Below are positions 53,431 through 64,000 of a stretch of 64,000 bases of DNA, in pieces; the stretch's first letter is position 1, and every line of letters starts with the position of its first letter. The notes beneath the pieces are model-generated. The model saw only the letters and a list, made by a program, of their open reading frames with translations. It was not told the origin of the DNA and did not search any database. The position numbers and the translations under genes are program-made. Source of the stretch: Octopus vulgaris (lineage: Eukaryota); the NCBI GenBank assembly GCA_951406725.2, contig OX597814.1, positions 168,702,001-168,766,000 of the forward strand. The letters are read 5' to 3'.

Positions 53431-56400
53431 TAAAAAGTACTATTTGTTTGAAAATCAATGTTCGTGTGAAAAATAATCATGATTCTGTATAAAATATCTT
53501 TTGTTGTGGAATAAATTCAAGCTATTTCTAATGCTTTCTCACCATCCCATATAAATGGAGTAAAGTCTTAGCACAGTTCCCCAAATTTTAACCGAGAAGG
53601 GGTACCGAATGGATGTGGCGCAATGTAGAAATTTATGATGTCTTTTATCAGAGTTGGAGCGAAATATTGCAAAACTCACTGCCGGCCATCAGCAGCAGAG
53701 AAAGCATTAAAAAACAATGTCTTCTATCTTAATTATCCTCGTTTTAATCATATTTATTAATGAACAATCTCTTCTGTCTTAATTATTGTTATTTTGATAA
53801 TATTGATAAACACTGTCTGTTGTATTAATTAGTACTATTTTCGTATTGATAACAATGTTTATCTCAGAAAATGTGGAGGTATAGTTGATCGTAGATGGTG
53901 AAACGATGTGACCGAAGAAAAAATGTTTCCATTGCTGTTATTGTGTATGTCTCAACTGCGGGAATATGTGTCCAGAATACATTTTGGTTGAACTGGTTGC
54001 AAATAATTGTTTCCACATTTGTTGAAACGAGAAACAATTGTCCATAATAAAATCATTTCGCTTCAGCTAAAACATCATCTTCAGTATTCGAGCGCACAAG
54101 TTCAGGCGTGACTATCTTTTAATTACAAATAGACCGGAAGTAACAATGATGACTATATAAAATGACACAACACCTTTCCAAGGGATTCATGATATAGCTC
54201 TGTTCACCCTACTCATTTCCCGGCTCTTAACGCCTTTCTATAATATGATTTTTTTCAGCTCCAGCAACGACTGGTATGGACCTCCCTCACGATCATTTAC
54301 CATGCACGATCAATTTGTCAGACTATAAGACAAACAGGTGAAGAATTCAACAGTTTACATTCTCGGTAATCAAGTCACCTAGCAAAAGAAATGCAATCAG
54401 AGTCGTGTGAACGTAGTCGTTCGGCCTGTTAGAAACAGCAGTCAGGCATGCCTCAAATTCCACCTCATCGTTTTTGAAAAAGAGAACAATTAAATAAAGA
54501 AGTCCAAGATATCCCAACAAAAATAGAATGGTCACGGCCAGAACGCCTTTGATTATAGTCCTGCTTCAATCAAGATTGGTTCGGTGTAACACAAGAGCAG
54601 CAACATCAATAAAAACAGACTAACAAAAGAAAAGAAATAGCATGTTTCCAGCTTTTTCTTCGACTTATTAGAAATAGCAACCATACTTCCCTAAAATGAT
54701 ACTCCAAGCAAAAGACCGCACTTTAGTGCTGGATTCACAAAAGGAAAGACCAGATGACCACGGCTGCAATGACCAGGAGCTAAATACCAACAGTAACGAA
54801 GGACAACTGTCTACAGTTATAGAAGGTAATAATAATGGTAGAAGCTTCGGCGTTCGTTGACTTACAGTGGAGAGTTCAATTCCTACTGCGGTAAAACACG
54901 CACACACGAACACATACACACACACACACACACACATGCACATCTTTTACTTGTTTCAGTAATTAGACTGTGGCCATATTGGAGCATTACCTTGAAGGGT
55001 TTTTTAATCGAACCCAGTATTTATTTTTCTTCAAAGTCTGGTATTTATTTTACCAGTGGAAATTTCAAAGTTCATTGAAAATTTTAAAATTTGGTGTATT
55101 AATGTAGTTTTCCAAGCTGAATTTCAGGAGGTATTTCACTTTCTTCAGAAAAGTTTTTTAAAAAGTTATAGAGGTTTAAATTTGATCATTTTCACTCAGT
55201 CAGAAAACAGGATTTGGAAGCTGTCATTTTGTGCGTGACAGCACGAGTTGTTAACATTCTGTTACTAAGGGAGTAGGACGAAGTTAAAGTCATCCCTCCC
55301 AGGGAAGTCGCCCTCTATTTACAAAACATTTATAATAAAGTCGAAAAAAAACTGAGCATAGCTACCACAGATCGCTGATGGCTACCGTAACTAAACTGTA
55401 TGATACTAGCCAATGTGGAACTTCGTCATGGTTACTTGATCAACTAGAAACAGCTGACAAATCTTCCTCAAACCACACCTAGCTCCCTTAAAACAAGAAA
55501 GGCTCATTAAATATTGTGTGTTTTCAGTGCACCTTGACTAAAAGGAAAAAACCCCGAGGGCATGATCAGCTTCAACACACTTGATCTGAAGTCTACTTTA
55601 TTTAATCAGGATGACTCCCGAACAAGAGACTAAACATCAATGACAACAACAACAACGACAGTGACACGCTGATCCGAGATCATTTTAAAAAGTGTAAAGC
55701 TGTGCCTAAACGAGCCTTTCGGTAGTTTGAGAACTTTTGAACCCACCAGAGTAAAACAGCATATAGATGATTTTCACATACAACTATCTACTCTCTCTCT
55801 CTCTCTCTGTTCCTCACTTCCTCCTCTCTCATTTCTCTTTGATTCTCATTCTTATTCCTTTATCATACCCTCCCACTTTACAGATGAATAGCTCCATAGT
55901 TTTTTATGGTTGCTTCATAACTTTTGTGGCTCTCTACATACTATGCGAAGCTTTTCCCTCATAAGACATACATACACATTTCATACACTGAAATAAACTT
56001 TCTTTCATAGACACAGTCACACTGGAAGAAAAACATTCTCACACATATAGAAGAAAAATTTTTGTTTCGTCTTGGTTCTCCACAAGAATTCCAACGCACA
56101 AACATTATCTCAAGCATACTACTTCAAATACACTTCTACAATTTGATATACGTAGGATCAACATAACGTACTTTCACACACCACGATTAACTTCCTTCAT
56201 AGACATGAACAGCTATAAGCAGCACGTATTCTCACACTCATAACTGTTGATGCAATCAAACAGACTTTGTTGAAAAGTGATTTTCGTACACAGACACAAT
56301 CATGTCAATTTTTTATTTGAAACATTTATTCATAGACAATTTTGGTGAACATTTGAACTCTGACAATAATTGAACATTTGAATTGCATTCATATTAACTT

Positions 56401-57134
56401 TTCTGTATTCGGAAGATGAATTGTATTTGATTTCACACCATTTTCTCTTTTCGCTTTTTTATTACTGCCGTTTCCATTATTATGTATTGAATAAACTGTG
56501 TTTTACTGAACTTTTTTTTAAACTACACACGTTCTGTTATGTCAGATACATTGCATAACTTTGTATTCGCGATCTGACATCCGTTGTGATTAGTTTATTT
56601 TATTTATTTATTTTTCTCTTTTGAAAACATAAATTGGCCATCTTGGTCTACACCGCAATCTTCATATCTTTCATCTCTTACTCATGACCCGACGTATCAC
56701 TGGTTGTTTATATTCCTATACGGTTTTTTTACGAGGAAGGCATTTTATTCTTTACCGTAAAGGAACGAAAGCTCTTGGTTCGCTTTCCATACCAAGCTGT
56801 TGAAAATGTCCTTGCGGACCTAAATTCTCAGAAAGAGCGTAGTTAGAGTGTATGTCGCCCAAGGCAACGCTTGAGTTTTACTACCTCCCGCCTCTCGCCC
56901 TTGTATAAGCTTAAAATGCAGGCTCAAAAGTGCCGCCTCCATAAAGCGATATACCAGCATCAAACGATGACACTACGTGACCTTCCTCGACCAATCGCAG
57001 CCCACCTTACAATAATAACAATCAACTTCTTTCATTCAAATTCAAAATGGCTGAAAACTAGCACCACGCTTGAAACTCCGATTAACAACGACTTTGAATC
57101 AAACTGTCTTGATCCATATGTGTATATGTATATG

Positions 57135-57196
<62 letters not shown>

Positions 57197-57223
57197 CGTA
57201 TGTATATATATATATACATACAC

Positions 57224-57255
<32 letters not shown>

Positions 57256-57256
57256 G

Positions 57257-57293
<37 letters not shown>

Positions 57294-57426
57294 ACGTATG
57301 TATATATATATATGTATACGTATATTTATATATATATGTATATATATACGTATGTATATGTATATATATATATATGTGTGTGTCTGTGTGTGTATACGTA
57401 TGTATATATATATATGTATATGTATG

Positions 57427-57461
<35 letters not shown>

Positions 57462-57469
57462 TTGTATAT

Positions 57470-57862
57470 GTATGGCTGTGTGGTAAGTAGCTTGATTACC
57501 AACCACATGGTTCCGGGTTCAGTCCCACTGCGTGGCATCTTGGGCAAGTGTCTTCTACTATAGCCTCGGGCTGACCAAAGCCTTGTGAGTGGATTTGGTA
57601 GACGGAAATTGAAAGAAGCCCGTCGCATATATGTATGTATATATATATATATATGTGTGTGTGTGTCTGTGTTTGTCCCCCTAGCATTGCTTGACAACCG
57701 ATGCTGGTGTGTTTATGTCCTCTGTAACTTAGCGGTTCGGCAAAAGAGACTGATAGAATAAGTACTAGGCTTACAAAGAATAAGTCCTGGGGTAGATTTG
57801 CTCGACTAAAGGCGGTGCTCCAGCATGGCCGCAGTCAAATGACTGAAACAAGTAAAAGAGTA
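57470..57862 (+). mobile_element. SINE family 2
   Basis: Full consensus match. Confidence 0.9.
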
Positions 57863-57909
57863 TATGTGTGTGTTTATGTATATATGTATATATACATACG
57901 TATACATAT

Positions 57910-57959
<50 letters not shown>

Positions 57960-57970
57960 GTATATACACA

Positions 57971-59548
57971 CAAAGTGGTTCAAAAGTAGGTGGACAGGAA
58001 ATGATAACATTTATTTTGAGATTACATATATACAATTATATTTACTAATACAATTATTACATTGACAATTAAATTTTATTGTGTACAATAATACAAAAGC
58101 GCTTAAATTTGATCAACGAGCTGCTCAAACTATTGTCAATCACAACTTACACAGCTTTGAAATCTACCTCTTACGCTTTGACAAACATTTTTGCACTAGT
58201 CTCTTTGTAAATTAATTTCTTGAAAAGCATTTCTTATGTAATGTTTCAAATCATTATTACTTCTTGGTTTTCGACTATGAATTTTGTCCTTGAGTACTCC
58301 CCAAAAGAAGAAATCCATTGAGATCGAGTCAAATGAACGTGCTGGCCAATCAATTGAACCTCTTCGGCCAATCCATTTCTCATGAAATGTTTCATCAAGA
58401 CACTACCGGGCTGCTCTTGTTGTTGTTGTTGTCGTTGTTGTTAAGCAACAAGACGGGTAAGGGTGATTAGGTGATAGTCTAGGGCTTAGGGGCGGGAGAC
58501 TCCAGACTTTGGAAAAAAAAACTTTGGTCGTCTTGCTGTAGTCGAGGGCTCTTCGTTGACGCCCGACACCACTGGGAGGTGGCCCTCGAAGTCGCTGGAA
58601 ATGGAGATCTCCAGGTCCAAAATTCTTGAACGGCCCGGACTGCTCTTGAATAATGTAGAGGGGCCCCATCTTGTTGGAAATAAAGGTCATGTGTATTAGA
58701 CTGTTGTTTTAACTGTGAAATAACTTGATTCATTAGAATTTCGAGATATTTATCACCTGTGACTGTTCCAACAAAAAATATGTGTCATAAAACACCAGAA
58801 CTTGAAATACCACCCCCAACAGTGACACCAGACTGGTTTATTTGTTGCTCTAATGTTAAATGCATGTTCTCACTATACCAGTAAATACAATTATGTCTGT
58901 TAATATGACCGGATAATTTGAAAAAAGCTTCATCGGTTCACACAATGTTATCTAAAATTATTGGATTTTCTTTAATATCATTCAGCATTATCTCACTAAA
59001 TTGCAGCCGCTTGTCTGGGTTAACCTTTAATAATCCATGAATTAGCCGTGGACGGTAAGCTTTCAACCCAATAGATTTCAGGATTCGAATAATAGAGAAT
59101 CATGAAACGCTCAATTCCAAAGAGGGTCCCCTGGTGGACTTTTTTAGACTGTAATCAAATGCTTCAGAGAAAAGTTGCTTATCATCCTTTGTAAAGACTG
59201 TTTTGGGTCGACCAGTTTTGGGAGCATTAAGAATTGAGCCAGTGGCATAGAATTTGTCACAAATGCGGTAAATGGCTTGTCTCTTTGGGGCTTGAATACC
59301 AAATGTTTCAACTCATTTTGTTCTAACGGTTTCAGCATTTTGAAATTTCTAATACTCATTTAACACCCATTTTCTTTCATCAGTATTTAAATTATTTGCC
59401 ATTCTGGGTTCTCTGAATTATTTGAAGAGAAAACAGATTAATTTAGATAAATTTAGTTATAAAATTAAAAATAATGCACAAATACCATAGTTATAACCGA
59501 TACACAAACCTATTCCACCTACTGTCCACCTACTTTTGGATCACCCTG
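57971..59548 (-). mobile_element. Decayed Tc1/mariner-superfamily transposon with TIRs
   Basis: TIRs CA..GTG.T.CAAAAGTAGGTGGACAG; YFQQDGAPLHY, WIGRRG, WPARS..SMDFFFWGVLK on the minus strand. Confidence 0.85.
58420..58634 (-). mobile_element. Short retro-insertion with (CAA)n tail nested in the transposase
   Basis: 14-bp TSD ccgg(g/a)ctgctcttg at 58406-58419 and 58635-58648; the transposase reading resumes across it. Confidence 0.8.
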
Positions 59549-59661
59549 TATATGTATGTACGTATGTATGTATGTATGTATGTATGTATGTATGTATGTA
59601 TGTATGTATGTATGTATGTATGTATGTATGTATGTATGTATGTATGTATGTATGTATGTAC

Positions 59662-59693
<32 letters not shown>

Positions 59694-60367
59694 TAAACAT
59701 ATGCACATATACAAACATATATGTACATACCTACATCTATATGTATATATACATGCATATATGGGTACAGGACATAAAAAAAAATGTTGAACACAATGAG
59801 AAACGAAAACCTAAAAACAAAAACATGGAAACGAACTATTTTTCGAACAACGAAAGAACAGGGTACAAGACATACAACACAAGGAATATTCCCCTTCTTC
59901 AGTTGTCCCTGTTTCGTCTACTCCGCGTTTCAGGATCGAAACGTCAAAGACTTTTCCATTCTTCCCGAGCGTCAAACTAATACACCTGCATGTTGTTCCC
60001 TCATCTGTCTTCGTCTTTTTTCTGCAAATTTGAACCAGACACACACACACGTGTGTGTATGTATGTATGTATGTATGTATGTATGTATGTATGTATGTAT
60101 GTATGTATGTATGTATTGTTTATTAAACATATGGATATACAGCCGTTTACATATTTATTCATAACCCATTTCTGTATTGATATTCTAGTAATTATAGCTT
60201 GCAGTGCTGAGTCACGATATTTAACTACAGAATATATGTGTGACAAGAATGCTGATGAAATAATGAAAACTGAAAGTAAGACATAAATATTTTTTCCCGG
60301 TGTTCAAAATACATCTGATTCAAGACAAAGGAATCGACAATGGAGCATAAATTAGCATATAATTAGC

Positions 60368-60454
<87 letters not shown>

Positions 60455-60783
60455 AAAATAGTTTAGTGAAATTAGAAAATATGATAACCTATTCACTGGT
60501 ATAGATTTTTTCTTTTCTTTCGTCATTTATTTATTTCTAGGTAATCGATTAATGGTACGAACCGTATTTGATGGCATAAAACACGCACAGGCATATATGA
60601 CGCACCCTAGTTCAGTAGCTCACAATTCAAGAAAAAAAGTGTCAGGGACAAATCTAGCTTATAGGAGACCCAACTTTGCATACTAGGATCTGAGCTGATT
60701 GTTCAGACTTGCTTCAGTAAAATGAAAAAAGAAAAAAAGGAAAAAGAATGTGCGTCTTATATGCCATTAAATACGGAACATCA

Positions 60784-62040
60784 TACTGGGTTGACCAAAA
60801 ACTTCGTTCGCTTTTTCCCTTTGCGCATGCGTACTCGTTGGATACCTAACACCTATTTCTTTACTACCCACAAGGGGCTAAACACAGAAGGGATAAACAA
60901 GGATAGACAAACGGATTAAGTCGAATATATCGACCCCAGTGCGTAACTGGTACTTATTTAATCGACCCCGAAAGGATGAAAGGCAAAGTCAACCTCGGCG
61001 GAATTTGAACTCAGAACGTAGCGGCCGACGAGATACCGCTAAGCATGTCGTCCGGCGTGCTAACGTTTCTACCAGCTCGCCGCCTTTTGGATACCTAACA
61101 CCGTTAGCTTTTTTCCTTTGTGCATGCATATCTGTTAGATACGTAACACACTAAATTTGCAACGAGACAGGCTGTATTTTGTGTGCTCAAGATCACCCTG
61201 AAAATTGGGAACGAAAACAAACATTATCAACACCTCATACGAAAACCCGAAGAAAAATATTTACTGTGTACAGAGAAGATGCTGTTACGGAATGTGTGAA
61301 TCAGAAGCGGTTGTCAAGATTTTGATTGGGAAAACTTTTCCATTCAAGACGTATCTCGCTCTTGTCGGCCAACTGAAAGTAACAGTGACAAAGTGAAGGA
61401 GTTAGTCGAGACCAACCCCAATAATACGATCAGGATGATCGCAGATATTCTTGAAAGATCCAAATCGAATGTTGAAAACCATCTGTGTCAACTTAGTTAT
61501 GTCAACAAGTTCGATATTTTCGTTCCACATCATTTGAACAAGAATATGGCCCAACGAATGTCAATCTGCGATTCGTTGCAGATGCGTGAAGAAAATGACC
61601 TTTTTTTTTTATCTCTTTAAGAGAATGGTGATAGGGGACAAAATTGAATCATCTATAACAATGTGGAGCGCAAAGCGATTGTGGGGAAAGCGCGGCGATC
61701 CTTATAAACAATCGCCAAAGCATGGCTTCACCCAAAGAAGGTGGGATTGGAAGGGCGTTGTCTTTTACGAGCTTCTTTTTACTATCAGAACCATCAATTC
61801 AGATATGTACCTGCTGGAGAAATTAAACAAAGTGATCCGCCAGAAATGTCCACAATTTGCTAATTGTAATAGTATTGTCTTTTATCACTACAATGCCAGA
61901 CCGTACACTTCTTTACAGACGCAGTAGACATTATTGGCTGGAAAATTTTGCCTCACCCTAAATATTCACCCGACTTTGTGCCTTCAGATTTCCACCTACT
62001 TCGGTATATTCAAAATTTATTGAAAGGTCAGACCTTCAGC
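60784..62040 (+). pseudogene. Decayed mariner element with nested SINE
   Basis: FVPHHLN, MVIGDK, WDWKGVVFYELL, HYNARPYTS, LPHPKYSPDFVPSDFHL. Confidence 0.85.
60854..61086 (-). mobile_element. SINE family 1
   Basis: 16-bp TSD ttggatacctaacacc. Confidence 0.9.
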
Positions 62041-63065
62041 TGAGTGTCCTATAAAGCTTTGAATACCTCACCTGTTTTCTGATTATGGCCGCAATCTAAT
62101 GATTGAAACAAGTAGAAAATAAAAGAAAGATAGATCACTCTATCGTATACGTTCGTCCTAGTTGCAATGGATGCATTTGTTATACTCCGATAGATTAGCA
62201 GAATCGTTAGAACGTAAATGTCACATGATATTTAATTACAACTCTTTAAGTTGAGTTCAAATCTCACGGAAGTGATTTTTCCCCATCATCATAAATTCGT
62301 TAAAATAAAATACTAGACAAGTACTGGCATCGACTTAATCGACTTTACTTTCCACATAAATTTGTGACTTTGTACTCATATCAGATATCAGTTATCATGT
62401 CAGCTTGTACTTAAACTTTTTACCACTGAGGTTAGTTTCTTTGCAGGTCTTCCGTCCCTCACCCTCTCAAGTCAGTGATATCAACGCGATTTAAATTCAG
62501 TTAGACCTCTGCAAGTTAACCAAATCATATTTTTGTGTTTTTATTTTCTTCCTGTCAATTATTTAGTCGAAGAGAAGACAAAGGCTCATTGACCTTTGCG
62601 GGATGACGAGTGATATTAATGTAGTTTCAGTTCAGTCGAACCTCTTTAAGTTGATGCCTGCCGAGAAAATATCAACAGAACGAAAGCTGATAAATCTAAT
62701 CAAGCTTGAAGAGAGCTCTAATCAAGCACACCTAAGCTCAAAAGCTTTCTGTATGTGACCATCTCGTCTCTATGTATTTAGGATTACATAAAGGGTAAAT
62801 CGTTATATCAACAGGAATGAGATGCAAACAGTTATTCTAGTTCTGGAAAATTTTACATGGGTTCCGGGGACAAAGGGTACAACAAGAGGAGGGCGATAGA
62901 GGAATCTGTAGAATTTTTCTTGATTTGAGACCTATTCAAATATTTTATCTTTTACTAATTTCAGTCGTTAGACTGAGATCAATCCAGCAGTGGTTGGGGG
63001 ATTAATATAAAGATACACACTCGAATGAATTATATACGCTCCATGTGTGTACTGTTATTGTTTAA

Positions 63066-63568
63066 CTGTTATATTGCAGAATTGTTGGATTGTTGTTACC
63101 TGAGATTGTTGAACTTCTTGTTGTTACCGTTTTTTAATTTTCTTCCCCATTTATGGGTGAAGTTGTGAAGGGTGTTGTAATGGAAGGTACACCAGTGCAA
63201 GCGGGCAGTTGTGCTGCGGTGATTGGCAGGGGCCTGTCGGCGGAGGTGCTGCAGGCTGGAGAGGTTAAATTGAGGGATGGGAATTGTTGAGGGGGGGGAG
63301 ATAGCCTGAGTTTGGCTATCTCTCTCCCCCCTCAACAAATCACTACATTTCCTGAAGCTCCCCTCCCTCAATTCAACCTCTCCAACCTGCAGCACCTCCG
63401 CCGACAGGCCCCTGCCAATCACGGCAGCACAACTGCCCGCTTGCACTAGTGTACCTTCCAGTACAACAACCTTCACAACTTCACCCATAAATGGGGAAGA
63501 AAATTAAAACACTATAACAAGTTCAACAATTTCAGGTGACAACAATCCAACAATTCAATAAGTAACAG
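63066..63568. mobile_element. GC-richer fold-back element (long-TIR MITE-like) with an internal hairpin
   Basis: 63079-63281 is inverted relative to 63360-63556; inner hairpin 63284-63338. Confidence 0.8.
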
Positions 63569-64000
63569 GAACGTATACACTTCAAACTCAACTGACTCAA
63601 ATACAACACTAATGACAACAGCAACGTCCTCTCAACTATTAGTCAGATATGATTTTTAAAATGAGAATATCTGAAATAAACTCGACTGCTCGCACAAATG
63701 AGAATACTAAAAATGAACCCGACCTCTCTCAAAATCTATTCAGTTCGTGCCAGTCACGAGGCCTTCAAAGTTCCATCCGAATCCATCCAGCGGTTCTTGA
63801 GATAACTTGTCCACGGACAAACAAACAAACAAACGAGATTGAAAACAACATCTCCGAACAAGTAAACGGAACTAAATGCATACCATCTATGCTTATAGTA
63901 TTTGCTTATCGTCGGGTGGTGTTATGATAAGTAGTCACTTACGTCGAACTAGCACCCGGAACTAAATAACTCTGACTTGATGTTATGTGTAAGTACATTA

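Noticed and set aside
53850-54150. Possible Mutator-like transposase trace on the minus strand
   Set aside because: Only faint motif resemblance with multiple frameshifts; not supportable by eye
56871-57115. Non-repetitive ORF start and CCAAT-like motif
   Set aside because: No recognisable protein family or splice context; the ORF runs into (TA)n

Overview
AT-rich, microsatellite-saturated eukaryotic non-coding DNA. The SINE families and repeat texture look like an octopus/cephalopod genome (inference from recognition, not from a search). I find no host gene exon and no intact protein-coding gene; almost all ORFs in the track are microsatellite artefacts. The window is a mosaic of decayed mobile elements: R4/Dong-like RLE LINEs in (TAA)n, a Penelope GIY-YIG remnant, RTE and CR1/L2-like remnants, several mariner/Tc1 copies, hAT and pogo-like MITEs, three non-autonomous Helitrons and many tRNA-derived SINEs. 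The most striking signal is a set of short ORF-less elements inserted in (TA)n tracts that carry minimal type I hammerhead ribozyme folds with different catalytic-core variants: canonical C3-G8, swapped G3-C8, U3-A8 and an A6U form. One forms a 559-nt partial tandem (retrozyme-like). Several are arranged head-to-head with 3' ends pointing outward, including a ~5.3-kb fold-back. All folds were read by eye and none has been tested.
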